Source of the DNA: Eledone cirrhosa
Lineage: Eukaryota
Direction: 5' to 3'
Assembly: GCA_964016885.1 (NCBI GenBank)
Contig: OZ024756.1
Coordinates: 7,192,001 to 7,256,000 of the forward strand
Length of the DNA stretch: 64,000 nucleotides
In this document: positions 16,360 through 29,600 of the stretch, piece after piece
How the letters are laid out: every line of letters starts with the position of its first letter
Position numbering within the stretch: the stretch's first letter is position 1
The notes under the pieces: generated by a model
The model's input: the letters and a program-made list of their open reading frames with translations, nothing else
Databases searched by the model: none
What the model was told of the DNA's origin: nothing
Position numbers and translations under genes: made by a program

Positions 16360-16666
16360 TATGTATGTATGTAAAAGGTAAACAGAAATAACAACACAAT
16401 CTGTACAGTATATGGAAGGTATATATTAGGTTAACGCTTCATATAGCTGGAAGGGGCTCTTAGTTTCGGACGCTAGTCCTTCATCAGAAGAAAGAATGAG
16501 AAATAAAATAGATTGAGAGAACGGGCCGGATGGAATTGGAAAAAATGTCTTTAGATAAAAATAACAGGTGCATCCATGTTGACATCTCTTGGAAAACTGT
16601 TGGTGCTGGCGTTTTGTGTATGATTTGTCTTTTTAGAAAAGTGGATGATGGAGCACGTCTTCCTGA
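16360..16666 (-). mobile_element. PLE 3' UTR fragment (family G) with hammerhead at ~16455-16492
   Basis: Reverse complement of ~52890-53192, which follows a GIY-YIG C-terminus; CTGATGA-a-ggac-tagc-gtcc-GAAAC. Confidence 0.72.
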
Positions 16667-16686
16667 TATATATATATATATATATA

Positions 16687-16799
16687 TAACGGAGGAAATG
16701 TGGTAAGGAACCAGGTGGACAATAACGTACCAAAGTACTCAATACTTAGGGTAGTAGAGTGGTTAATAGGAACGAGTAGGGGTCCTACTCGTTCCTATA
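16687..16799 (-). mobile_element. Minimal PLE fold-back (family D)
   Basis: Hairpin ataggaacgagtagg-ggt-cctactcgttcctat plus tail; relatives at 21611, 53502 and 56773. Confidence 0.65.
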
Positions 16800-17319
16800 T
16801 ATATATATTTATATATACTCGACTTCCTCATCCTCATAAGCGTTATACTAATAAGACTTTGTGTTTTTTGCTTCCCTGTGTTTGGGTTGCCATTTCTTTA
16901 AATATATATATATGTGTGTGGGGGAGGGGGTAATATATGTATACATATATATGTGTGTGTGTATGAATGTATATGTGCCTCCCTTTCCTTCTCTCTCTCT
17001 CACTCTCTCCCTCTCTCCCTCCACCCCACCGCCACCCCTCTCTCTCTCTGTGAAACCTATTATCAATTTTAGTCGTTCTCAATCTATGATGTGGAAAATT
17101 GAAAACTCGAATTCTTTCTAGTTGCAGCAGAAAAAAAGTATAATATAAAATAAAAGAAAATAATAATAAAAATAATAAAAATGTCCATTTTCTTGTGATT
17201 ATATTGTGAGGGAGGTCTTATCTCTACCGACTCTAATGAATGGATTAATGTTTGATAGATTAAATATCTACCAACAAACAACACTATCATCCTTGTCTTT
17301 TAATTATTGTGTCTTTTAG

Positions 17320-17980
17320 TTGGCATTATTTTGATCGGTAGAGCGTCGGACAATATATTTTGCGGCAAAGAGTTATGGTTCTTTATGATTTCATTTCAAA
17401 TCCCGCAGAGGTTAACCTTTGCCTTTCATCCTTACGGGGTCGATAATATAAAGTACCAGTAACGTCCTGGAGTCGATTGAATCTACTTTCCTCTGCTCCC
17501 CCGCCCCAATAGTTGGCTATGTGTCTAAATTAGAAACCATTAGTACCAGTAATACACTGGTTAATTGCTGGCCTTGTGCCAAAAGTAGAAACAATTATTT
17601 ATATTGGTAAAGCACCGTACAATATACTTTGTGGTATAGTGTCACAGCCCTTTACGTTCTGAGTTTAAATCCCGCCGAGGTTAGTGTTTCCTTTCATCAT
17701 TACGGAGGTTGATAAAATAAAGTACCAGTAATACAGTTGGGTCTATTCAATCGACCTTCTCCTAAAATTGTTCGTCTTGTGCCCCAAAGCAGAAACCATT
17801 ATTCTGTTAGTTACGGATCTTTACGTTCCCACCGATTTCACATTTGCCTGTAATTCGCCCGGGGTCGGTAAAATAAAGTATCAATCAAATAGTGGAGATC
17901 GATATGGTTGATTTAACTTCCGCCATCCACGCCCTTCTACCCCCAAAATTGCTGGCCTTGTGCCAAAATTAAAAGCCATC
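17320..17980 (+). mobile_element. Cluster of about 3 older, diverged SINE copies
   Basis: Repeated ttcaaatcccgc / tttcatcc..ggggtcgat / aagtaccagt / ggccttgtgcc segments. Confidence 0.75.
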
Positions 17981-17993
17981 ATTATTTTTCTTT

Positions 17994-18170
17994 GATTGGC
18001 AGTATCGGTAGAGGGTCGGACGCCATGCTTTCCAGCATAGTTACGTCCCTTTACGATCTGAATTCAAATCCCGCCGAGGTTGACTTTGCCTTTCATCCTT
18101 ACGGGGTCGATAAAATAAAGTACCAGTAATGCACTGGGTTATTGCTGGCCTTGTGCCTAAAGTAGAAACA
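17994..18170 (+). mobile_element. SINE with 13-bp target-site duplication
   Basis: Family match; attatttttcttt at 17981-17993 and 18171-18183. Confidence 0.88.
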
Positions 18171-18232
18171 ATTATTTTTCTTTAATCAATTAAAACAGCG
18201 GGGGAGAATGACTCGTTTCATTTGTTCTGGGC

Positions 18233-18727
18233 TATGTATATGTGCGTGTGTGTATATGTGTGTGTGTGTATATATATATATACGTGCATGAATATATATA
18301 TATATGTGCATGTTTGTGTATATCTGCCTGTGTGGATATATATTTGCGTGTGTGTGTGTGAATATATATGTGCGTATATATATATATATATGTGTGTGTA
18401 TATATATTGCCTATGTGTATATATGTGCATGTGTGTGTATATGATATATGCGTGTGTGTATATATATGCGTGTGTGTGTATATATGCGTGTGTGTGTGTG
18501 TGTGTGTGTGTATGAGCGTGTGTGTATATATGTGCCTGTGTGTATATATGTGCGTGCTTGTATATATGTGCGTGCTTGTATATATGTACGTGTGTGTATA
18601 TGTGCGTGTGTTTATATGTGCGTGTGTGTATATATATATGTGTGTGTGTATATATATATATGCATGTGTGTATATATATCTGCGTGCGTGTGTATATCTG
18701 CGTGTGTATATATATATGTGTCTGCGC
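18233..18727. repeat. (TG/TA)n compound microsatellite
   Basis: Direct reading. Confidence 0.92.
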
Positions 18728-18904
18728 TTTCAAATCCAGTAGATATCAACTTGTCCTTTTAACCTTTACGGGGTCGATAAGCTAATATCACAGTTATGCA
18801 CTGGGGTCTATGTAATCTCCCAAATTGTTGGCCTCCTTCCTAAATCAGGAACCATAATTAAGTCACTTTAACCTATTAAAACGTTAGGAATAAATGGACA
18901 GATT

Positions 18905-19075
18905 TTGCGGGCAAAACCAACCGGCGGGAGACCCGGCGTAGACTCCGGTTGGATAACATCAATGATCTTGGCTGGTCCCGCTTGGAGATCCAGCCAGATC
19001 AGTTGGAGACGGTTTCTTCTGACAGGACCCACTGGAGGGAGTGTTTGGAACTCTGCCCCCGCGACCCTCTCAGGA
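18905..19075 (+). mobile_element. RTE-like LINE 3'-coding fragment
   Basis: GGRP...LDNINDLGWSRLEIQPDQLETVSSDRTHWRECL; homologous to 31915-32080 (minus) and 46560-46672. Confidence 0.65.
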
Positions 19076-19373
19076 ATTATTGGGCGAAGTAGATGTTATT
19101 TCTTCAGGTACTTCACTTTACTGAGTTCAAATCCCGCAGAAGTCAACTCAGTCTTTTATCTTTACACGCACCAGGACACAAAACACTCGTTATATCCTGA
19201 GGTCGATGTAATTGACTTTCTCCTACCCCCCCCCCCCCCCCTCGAAATTGCTGACCTTATGCCGAAATAAGAAACCATTTTCTGTTTTCTAGCATGTTTT
19301 TTTTTTGGGGGGGGGGGGGATGAGGTCTTTTGTTTTTGCTTTATGTGGTCTACCCACCCCCACATCTATCGCT

Positions 19374-19574
19374 GTCAGGGTCAGCTGAAAAGTTCATAAG
19401 CTGAACAAGATGCTCTCATGGAATGACCAAATGAGATTTATTTTTCAACATAATCCCTGGAAAGTAACAATGCAGTTATTAATAAGAAGAGTTGAAATTA
19501 ATGCATCCGATATTTCACAGCTTTAGCATCACTCCTTCATAGTCAGCCTACAAACATTTCAGTGGACCTTCGTA
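19374..19574. mobile_element. Degenerate mariner-type MITE
   Basis: Imperfect TIRs gctgaaaagttcataagctga / tcagcctacaaacatttcag ending in cgTA. Confidence 0.5.
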
Positions 19575-20469
19575 TATTACACACCCCACATATCTTTAGA
19601 TGTCTTTGTTCAACTCTTATGTTGCGTTCTTATATTTGTCCTCTCAGTTTCTCTCCGTCTTTCTCTCTTTCTCTCCTGTTGTTTTAAATATCTTCTTACA
19701 CGCAAGTTGAAAACAAATGAATTTATAAGTACGTGCAAACGGTGAAACAGAGAGAGAAAGAGACACGCACACACATTATATATATATGCGTGTACGAAAG
19801 TACATATGTACGTGTATATATATATAGAGAGAGAGAGACAGATATGAGTGTGTGGGTGTGAAGGACCTCTAGCCTTTCTCAGGGCATTCTTCTAGGAGAA
19901 GGGAACTCAGGAAATTGCAATAACTCCGATATAAAACCGGCGGCTCAGTAACTGATGATGTTCATTTTTCATTCTTTTCGGGTTATGGCTACGGTCGCTC
20001 AAAGACTGGGATTGGCTCATTATCAAAAATATCTTCACGTCCATGCATTGTACGATAGAATTAATTAATAATTATTAATAATGGTATATCGTGCGATGGC
20101 CATACCCGATAACGAGGGGCAGCCATCATATATATATATATATATATACATACACAGTTCAAGAGTAACCAATCTTAAAAAGAGAGATGGAGATAGGAGA
20201 GGAGATATGAGAGGAGAGATTGGTGAATTAGTTAGAAGCCAAAGCGTAAAGGCATGTGCTCAATGTGCAATATGCAGTAGAAAGCAGCTAGGTGGCTGGG
20301 TTCATGCAGAAGTTCGATGCGCAGAGCTGGAAATATTCATTAGTTAAGCAAAACAAGAACACAAATTTCACAAGGAAGACATTATTAAAAGATTGTCAAC
20401 ATATTTTAGTTTGATGTAAAGAATGTAGAGAATGGAACATTATATTATGTAACATTCTCTCATTATTTT

Positions 20470-20642
20470 ATCGGTAGAGGGTCGGACGCCATGCTTTCCA
20501 GCATAGTTACGTCCCTTTACGATCTGAATTCAAATCCCGCCGAGGTTGACTTTGCCTTTCATCCTTACGGGGTCGATAAAATAAAGTACCAGTAATGCAC
20601 TGGGTAATTGCTGGCCTTGTGCCTAAAGTAGAAACAATTATT
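20470..20642 (+). mobile_element. SINE (slightly 5'-truncated)
   Basis: Family match. Confidence 0.88.
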
Positions 20643-20661
20643 TTAAGTTATATTCATTGAA

Positions 20662-20780
20662 GTTCCGATGAGCCGCTCTGTCTTTTAAATATGTTATTAT
20701 TTTCAACTGAACCAGATCAATTATGATATATAGTCATCTGATCCAAAAATATAATATGGAGTAGCGAAACAATTGTAAAC
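20662..20780 (+). ncRNA. Degenerate type I hammerhead with 94-nt stem II
   Basis: gtt-CCGATGA-gccgctc...gagtagc-GAAA-caattg-TA-aac; one core substitution. Confidence 0.6.
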
Positions 20781-20804
20781 GGACATTATTATTATTAATA
20801 TTAT

Positions 20805-20981
20805 AAGGCGGTGGATTGGCAGTATCGATAGAAGGTCGGATGCCATGCTTTGAAGCATAGAGTTACCTCCCTGTATGATCTGAGTTCAAATCCCGCCGAG
20901 GTTTACTTGACCTTTCATCGATAAAATAAAGTACCAGTAATGCACTGGTTAATTGCTGGCCTTGTGCCAACAGTAGAAACA
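20805..20981 (+). mobile_element. SINE with ~17-bp target-site duplication (attattattaatattat)
   Basis: Family match; direct repeat at ~20788 and ~20982. Confidence 0.85.
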
Positions 20982-21124
20982 ATTATTATTAATATTATTA
21001 TTTTTATTCTCTACATTCCTTACATCAAACTAAAGTATGTTGACAATCTTTTAATAATGTCTTCCTTGTGAAATTTTTGGTCTTGTTTTGCTTAACTAAT
21101 GAATATATATATATATATATATAT

Positions 21125-21503
21125 AAGGATTAAAATACTGGAGCGTGTTGGAGTTAAACACCCTCTTCGTATTATAGAAATGACAGTAAAAGGTATAGCT
21201 CAATGTAATTAAACAGAGCCGAAGAATTATGAAAATAAAACAAGGAAGCCTGCAATACATCAAAAGTCTTTATTAGCCAACAATGTTTCGTCCTATCAAG
21301 GACTCATCAGGGCAATTAAAACAACAAGAAGTACTATCAGCCAATACAAGCAGAAAACTCCGAAGAATATGGAGTGTACATACACTAAAGTATTGCAAGA
21401 TTATGGGTAAAAATATATAATAAAAATCACTAAGGAGGTGTATGACATTTAGAACCATATTACAAATATAGTCCAAAGCAAAAAATATTTTCATAATATT
21501 TTC

Positions 21504-21505
<2 letters not shown>
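21125..21505 (-). mobile_element. PLE 3'-end fragment with hammerhead and tail
   Basis: Hammerhead followed by AATAAA and the tail hairpin; between TA tracts. Confidence 0.7.
21272..21318 (-). ncRNA. Minimal type I hammerhead ribozyme
   Basis: gcc-CTGATGA-gtcc-ttgata-ggac-GAAA-c-att-g-TT-ggc; canonical core and stem II. Confidence 0.85.
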
Positions 21506-21566
<61 letters not shown>

Positions 21567-21610
21567 GCGTGTACGTAAGAATATATATATATACATATAT
21601 ATATATATAT

Positions 21611-21802
21611 CAGATAGGGTGTGGTAAAGTACCCGTTGGACCATAATCCACCAGTGTACTCGATACTTGGGGTAGTAGAGTGGGTAATATGAACAGATTG
21701 AAGACCTCGACGACTCTGCTCCGGTCGTTTCAACAGTTCGGATCTAACTATCGAAACGGCCGGAGTGTTCAGCCAGCCGTCGGGGTCTTGAATCTTTTCA
21801 TA
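21611..21802 (-). mobile_element. Diverged family D PLE fold-back
   Basis: Both arms carry GAAAcg...cgTC-gRggtc; tail homologous to 16687. Confidence 0.6.
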
Positions 21803-22019
21803 TATATATATAGATATATATATATACACTAATAATAAAAAAAAAAGACGATTTGTAGGGCCTTCATTACGTTTATTGAGTAATGACGCGAGTTTCGGTA
21901 TTGATCAGCTCAAGGTTCGATCTGTATTGAGCTGACGCGACTCCAGAATCAAAAGTTCGTCGGGCATATATATATATGAGAGAGAGACTCTCGTCAATGC
22001 ATTCATAACTGAACTGGGC

Positions 22020-25000
22020 TCTCCGACAGACACGTGTACTCTTAATGTAGTTCTCAGGGAGATTCAGCGTGACACCAAATGTGACATGGTCGGCCCTTCT
22101 AATTACAGGTACGACTCATTTTTTGCCAGCTGAGTGGACTGTAGCAACGTGAAATAAAGTGTCTTGCTCAAGGACACAGTGGACTGGAGCAACGGGAAAT
22201 AAAGTGTCTTGCTCAAGGAAAGTGGACTGTGAAGCAACGGGAAATAAAGTGTCTTGCTCAAGGATACAGTAGACTGGAGCAACGTGAAATAAAGTGTCTT
22301 GCTCAAGGACATAGTGGACTGGAGCAACGGGAAATAAAGTATCTTGCTCAAGGACACAGTGGACTGGAGCAAGGTGAAATAAAGTGTCTTGCTCAAGGAA
22401 AGTGGACTGGAGCAAGGTGAAATAAAGTGTCTTGCTCAAGGAGACAGTGGACTGGAGCAACGGGAAATAAAGTATCTTGCTGATGGACACAGTACACTGG
22501 AGCAACGTGAAATAAAGTGTCTTGCTCAAGGACACAGTAGACTGGAGCAACGTGAAATAAAGTGTCTTGCTCAAGGACACAGTGGATTGGAGCAAGGTGA
22601 AATAAAGTGTCTTGCTCAAGGACACAGTGGACTTGAGCAACGTGAAATAAAGTGTCTTGCTCAAGGACACAGTAGACTGGAGCAACGGGAAATAAAGTGA
22701 CTTGCTCAAGGACTCAGTAGACTGGAGCAACGTGAAATAAAGTGTCTTGCTCAAGGACACAGTAGACTGGAGCAACGTGAAATAAAGTGTCTTGCTCAAG
22801 GAAACAGTGGACTGGAGCAACGTGAAATAAAGTGTCTTGCTCAAGGAAACAGTGGACTGGAGCAACGTGAAATAAAGTGTCTTGCACAAGGAAACAGTGG
22901 ACTGGAGCAACGGGAAAAAAAGTGTCTTGCTCAAGGACACAGTGGACTGGATCAACGTGAAATAAAGTGTCTTGCTCAAGGACACAGGTGGACTGGAGCA
23001 ACGGGAAATAAAGTGTCTTGCTCAAGGACACGGTGGACTGGAGCAACGTGAAATAAAGTGTCTTGCTCAAAGACACAGTGGACTGGATCAACGTGAAATA
23101 AAGTGTCTGGCTCAAGGACACAGTGGACTGGATCAACGTGAAATAAATTGTCTTGCTCGAGGACACAGTGGACTGGATCAACGTGAAATAAAGTGTCTTG
23201 CTTAAAGACACAGTGGACTGGAGCAACGTGAAATAAAGTGTCTTGATCAAGGACACAGTAGACTGGAGCAACTTGTAATAAAGTGTCTTGCTCAAGGACA
23301 CAGTGGACTGGATCAACGTGAAATAAAGTGTCTTGCTCAAGGACACAGTGGACTGGACAACGTGAAATAAATTGTCTTGCTCGAGGACACAGTAGACTGG
23401 AGCAACGTGAAATAAAGTGTCTTGCTCAAGGAAACAGTGGACTGGAGCAACGTGAAATAAAGTGTCTTGCTCAAGGAAACAGTGGACTGGAGCAACGTGA
23501 AATAAAGTGTCTTGCTCAAGGACACAGTGGACTGGATCAACGTGAAATAAAGTGTCTTGCTCAAGGACACGGTGGACTGGAGCAACGGGAAATAAAGTGT
23601 CTTGCTCAAGCACACGGTGGACTGGAGCAACGTGAAATAAAGTGTCTTGCTCAAGGACACAGTGGACTGGATCAACGTGAAATAAAGTGTCTGGCTCAAG
23701 GACACAGTAAACTGGAGCAACGTGTAATAAAGTGTCTTGCTCAAGGACACAGTGGACTGGATCAACGTGAAATAAAGTGTCTTGCTCAAGGACACAGTGG
23801 ACTGGATCAACGTGAAATAAATTGTCTTGCTCGAGGACACAGTGGACTGGATCAACGTGAAATAAATTGTCTTGCTCGAGGACACAGTGGACTGGATCAA
23901 CGTGAAATAAAGTGTCTTGCTCAAGGACACAGTGGACTGGATCAACGTGAAATAAAGTGTCTTGCTCAAGGACACAGTGGACTGGATCAACGTGAAATAA
24001 AGTGTCTTGCTCAAGGACACAGTGGACTGGATCAACGTGAAATAAATTGTCTTGCTCGAGGACACAGTGGACTGGAGCAACGTGAAATAAAGTGTCTTGC
24101 TCAAGGACACAGTGGACTGGATCAACGTGAAATAAAGTGTCTTGCTCAAGGACACAGTGGACTGGAGCAATGTGAAATAAAGTGTCTGGCTCAAGGACAC
24201 AGTGGACTGGAGCAACGTGAAATAAAGTGTCTTGCTCAAGGACACAGTAGACTGGAGCAACGTGAAATAAAGTGTCTTGCTCAAGGAAACAGTGGACTGG
24301 AGCAACGTGAAATAAAGTGTCTTGCACAAGGAAACAGTGGACTGGAGCAACGGGAAATAAAGTGTCTTGCTCAAGGACACAGTGGACTGGATCAACGTGA
24401 AATAAAGTGTCTTGCTCAAGGACACGGTGGACTGGAGCAACGGGAAATAAAGTGTCTTGCTCAAGCACACGGTGGACTGGAGCAACGTGAAATAAAGTGT
24501 CTTGCTCAAGGACACAGTGGACTGGATCAACGTGAAATAAAGTGTCTGGCTCAAGGACACAGTAAACTGGAGCAACGTGTAATAAAGTGTCTTGCTCAAG
24601 GACACAGTGGACTGGATCAACGTGAAATAAAGTGTCTTGCTCAAGGACACAGTGGACTGGATCAACGTGAAATAAATTGTCTTGCTCGAGGACACAGTGG
24701 ACTGGATCAACGTGAAATAAATTGTCTTGCTCGAGGACACAGTGGACTGGATCAACGTGAAATAAAGTGTCTTGCTCAAGGACACAGTGGACTGGATCAA
24801 CGTGAAATAAAGTGTCTTGCTCAAGGACACAGTGGACTGGATCAACGTGAAATAAAGTGTCTTGCTCAAGGACACAGTGGACTGGATCAACGTGAAATAA
24901 ATTGTCTTGCTCGAGGACACAGTGGACTGGAGCAACGTGAAATAAAGTGTCTTGCTCAAGGACACAGTGGACTGGATCAACGTGAAATAAAGTGTCTTGC

Positions 25001-25604
25001 TCAAGGACACAGTGGACTGGAGCAATGTGAAATAAAGTGTCTGGCTCAAGGACACAGTGGACTGGAGCAACGTGAAATAAAGTGTCTTGCTCAAGGACAC
25101 AGTAGACTGGAGCAACGTGAAATAAAGAGTCTTGCTCAAGGACACAGTAGACTGGAGCAACGTGAATAAAGTGTCTGGCTCAAGGACACAGTGTACTGGA
25201 GCAACGTGAATAAAGTGTCTTGCTCAAGGACACAGTAGACTGGAGCAACGTGAAATAAAGTGTCTTGATCAAGGACACAGTAGACTGGAGCAACGTGAAT
25301 AAAGTGTCTGGCTCAAGGACACAGTGGACTGGAGCAATGTGAAATAAAGTGTCTGGCTCAAGGACACAGTGGACTGGAGCAATGTGAAATAAAGTGTCTT
25401 GATCAAGGACACAGTAGACTGGAGCAACGTGAATAAAGTGTCTTGATCAAGGACACAGTAGACTGGAGCAACGTGAATAAAGTGTCTGGCTCAAGGACAC
25501 AGTGTACTGGAGCAATGTGAAATAAAGTGTCTTGCTCAAGGACACAGCGTAACCCCGGGAATCGAAGTCTTGACCTTACGATTGTGAGATTAATACCCTA
25601 ACCA
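22020..25604 (-). mobile_element. Second tRNA-derived SINE family; internal segment expanded into a satellite
   Basis: Head tggttaggg...ttcgattccc at 25548-25604; CORE-like gtgtccttgagcaagacacttt; 3' body at 22020-22135. Confidence 0.75.
22133..25547. repeat. 45-bp satellite, ~76 copies
   Basis: Unit gacacagtggactggagcaacgtgaaataaagtgtcttgctcaag. Confidence 0.98.
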
Positions 25605-26511
25605 TACAGACACACCTCCACAACACACACACACATGCGCATATACATACATATATACATACATACACAGACATACATATACACACACAATATATATACA
25701 TACATATACATACATACATAATACATACACACATATTCACTGACACATTGATAATACATACATATACATGCACATACATAATACATATACATACACATAC
25801 ATAATACCTACACATACAAACATGCATATACACAATACATACACAAAACATACATACACATACATATACATATACACAATACATACACATACATACATAC
25901 ACAATACATATACATACATAATACATATACATACATAATACATATACATACATACATATAGATATAAACATAATACGTATACATATATATAATACATACA
26001 TACACACATTCTTAATACATATACATACACATAAAGACATACATATATACACAATACATATACATACAAATATATACATACACATACATATGCATATATA
26101 CACAATACATACACACACATATACATACATACACATACATACACATAATACATATACATACACATACATAATACATATACATACACAATATATACTTAAT
26201 ACATATACATACACCTACATAATACATATACATACACATATATATATATACACATATACAATACATATACATACATATACATACACAATACATATACATA
26301 TATACACACATACACAATACATATACATATATACACATACATAATACATATACATATATACACATACACACACATGTGTATACACACACACTTCTATATA
26401 CATACACACACACATGTATATACATACACACACACATGTATATACATACACACACACATGTATATACATACACACACACATGTATATACATACCCACACA
26501 CATGTATATAC
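25605..26511. repeat. (CATA/CA/TA)n compound microsatellite
   Basis: Direct reading. Confidence 0.92.
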
Positions 26512-26664
26512 TAGATGCCAAAAGTCAGTATTTAAAAGTTCATTAATCATTAAAGCTTTACCCTCAGACAGCTGCTACATTCTTCATAAGAGGGCAGTGT
26601 TTGGGAGCTGAGTATATAGAGAAGAACAGTGTACCTGTATATCTATGGAGGGGGGGGTGATTGG

Positions 26665-29600
26665 AGTGGGACATTGTAAAACTGGGTTTTATTGTTAAGT
26701 AAGAAGTGGGATATTGTAAAACTAGGTGTTATTGTTAAGTAAAGAGTGGAACATAGTAAAACTAGGTTTTATTGTTAAGTAAAGAGTGGAACATAGTAAA
26801 ACTATGTTTTATTGTTAAGTAAAGAGTGGAACATAGTAAAACTATGTTTTATTGTTAAGTAAAGAGTGGAACATAGTAAAACTAGGTTTTAGTGTTAAGT
26901 AAAGAGTGGAACATAGTAAAACTAGGTTTTATTGTTAAGTAAAGAGTGGAACATAGTAAAACTAGGTTTTATTGTTAAGTAAAGAGTGGAACATAGTAAA
27001 ACTAGGTTTTATTGTTAAGTAAAGAGTGGAACATAGTAAAACTAGGTTTTATTGTTAAGTAAGACGTGGAACATAGTAAAACTAGGTTTTATTGTTAAGT
27101 AAAGAGTGGAACATAGTAAAACTAGGTTTTATTGTTAAGTAAAGAGTGGAACATAGTAAAACTAGGTTTTATTGTTAAGTAAAGAGTGGAACATAGTAAA
27201 ACTAGGTTTTATTGTTAAGTAAAGAGTGGAACATAGTAAAACTAGGTTTTATTGTTAAGTAAAGAGTGGAACATAGTAAAACTAGGTTTTATTGTTAAGT
27301 AAAGAGTGGAACATAGTAAAACTAGGTTTTATTGTTAAGTAAAGAGTGGAACATAGTAAAACTATGTTTTATTGTTAAGTAAGAAATGGAACATTGTAAA
27401 ACTGGGTTTTATTGTTAAGTAAGAAGTGGGACATTGTAAAACTGGGTTTTATTGTTAAGTAAGAAGTGGGACATTGTAAAACTGGGTTTTATTGTTAAGT
27501 AAGGAGTGGAACATAGTAAAACTAGGTTTTATTGTTAAGTAAGAAGTGGGGCATTGTAAAACTGGGTTTTATTGTTAAGTAAGGAGTGGAACATAGTAAA
27601 ACTAGGTGTTATTGTTAAGTAAAGAGTGGAACATAGTAAAACTAGGTGTTATTGTTAAGTAAGAAGTGGAACATAGTAAAACTAGGTTTTATTGTTAAGT
27701 AAAGAGTGGAACATAGTAAAACTAGGTTTTAATGTTAAGTAAAGAGTGGAACATAGTAAAACTATGTTTTATTGTTAAGTAAAGAGTGGAACATAGTAAA
27801 ACTAGGTTTTATTGTTAAGTAAAGAGTGGAACATAGTAAAACTAGGTTTTATTGTTAAGTAAAGAGTGGAACATAGTAAAACTAGGTTTTAATGTTAAGT
27901 AAAGAGTGGAACATAGTAAAACTAGGTTTTATTGTTAAGTAAAGAGTGGAACATAGTAAAACTAGGTTTTATTGTTAAGTAAAGAGTGGAACATAGTAAA
28001 ACTAGGTTTTATTGTTAAGTAAAGAGTGGAACATAGTAAAACTAGGTTTTATTGTTAAGTAAAGAGTGGAACATAGTAAAACTAGGTTTTATTGTTAAGT
28101 AAAGAGTGGAACATAGTAAAACTAGGTTTTATTGTTAAGTAAAGAGTGGAACATAGTAAAACTATGTTTTATTGTTAAGTAAAGAGTGGAACATAGTAAA
28201 ACTATGTTTTATTGTTAAGTAAGAAGTGGAACATTGTAAAACTGGGTTTTATTGTTAAGTAAGAAGTGGGACATTGTAAAACTGGGTTTTATTGTTAAGT
28301 AAGAAGTGGGACATTGTAAAACTGGGTTTTATTGTTAAGTAAGGAGTGGAACATAGTAAAACTAGGTTTTATTGTTAAGTAAAGAGTGGAACATAGTAAA
28401 ACTAGGTTTTATTGTTAAGTAAAGAGTGGAACATAGTAAAACTATGTTTTATTGTTAAGTAAAGAGTGGAACATAGTAAAACTATGTTTTATTGTTAAGT
28501 AAAGAGTGGAACATAGTAAAACTAGGTTTTAGTGTTAAGTAAAGAGTGGAACATAGTAAAACTAGGTTTTATTGTTAAGTAAAGAGTGGAACATAGTAAA
28601 ACTAGGTTTTATTGTTAAGTAAAGAGTGGAACATAGTAAAACTAGGTTTTATTGTTAAGTAAAGAGTGGAACATAGTAAAACTAGGTTTTATTGTTAAGT
28701 AAGAAGTGGAACATAGTAAAACTAGGTTTTATTGTTAAGTAATGAGTGGAACATAGTAAAACTAGGTTTTATTGTTAAGTAAAGAGTGGAACATAGTAAA
28801 ACTATGTTTTATTGTTAAGTAAAGAGTGGAACATAGTAAAACTATGTTTTATTGTTAAGTAAAGAGTGGAACATAGTAAAACTAGGTTTTATTGTTAAGT
28901 AAAGAGTGGAACATAGTAAAACTAGGTTTTATTGTTAAGTAAAGAGTGGAACATAGTAAAACTAGGTTTTATTGTTAAGTAAAGAGTGGAACATAGTAAA
29001 ACTATGTTTTATTGTTAAGTAAGAAATGGAACATTGTAAAACTGGGTTTTATTGTTAAGTAAGAAGTGGGACATTGTAAAACTGGGTTTTATTGTTAAGT
29101 AAGAAGTGGGACATTGTAAAACTGGGTTTTATTGTTAAGTAAGGAGTGGAACATAGTAAAACTAGGTTTTATTGTTAAGTAAGAAGTGGGGCATTGTAAA
29201 ACTGGGTTTTATTGTTAAGTAAGGAGTGGAACATAGTAAAACTAGGTGTTATTGTTAAGTAAAGAGTGGAACATAGTAAAACTAGGTGTTATTGTTAAGT
29301 AAGAAGTGGAACATAGTAAAACTAGGTTTTATTGTTAAGTAAAGAGTGGAACATAGTAAAACTAGGTTTTAATGTTAAGTAAAGAGTGGAACATAGTAAA
29401 ACTATGTTTTATTGTTAAGTAAAGAGTGGAACATAGTACAACTAGGTTTTATTGTTAAGTAAAGAGTGGAACATAGTAAAACTAGGTTTTATTGTTAAGT
29501 AAAGAGTGGAACATAGTAAAACTAGGTTTTAATGTTAAGTAAAGAGTGGAACATAGTAAAACTAGGTTTTATTGTTAAGTAAAGAGTGGAACATAGTAAA

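Larger units (their letters stand above)
20157..21106. mobile_element. Older PLE fold-back element interrupted by two SINEs
   Basis: 100-bp inverted repeat 20333-20433 / 21007-21106; tail 20157-20332; hammerhead at 20662-20780. Confidence 0.7.

Noticed and set aside
22714-25169. 584-613-aa repeat proteins
   Set aside because: Open frames of a 45-bp SINE-derived satellite on both strands
26555-26640. Possible small host exon (minus, LPSYEEC)
   Set aside because: Short, weak splice signals, no recognisable homology
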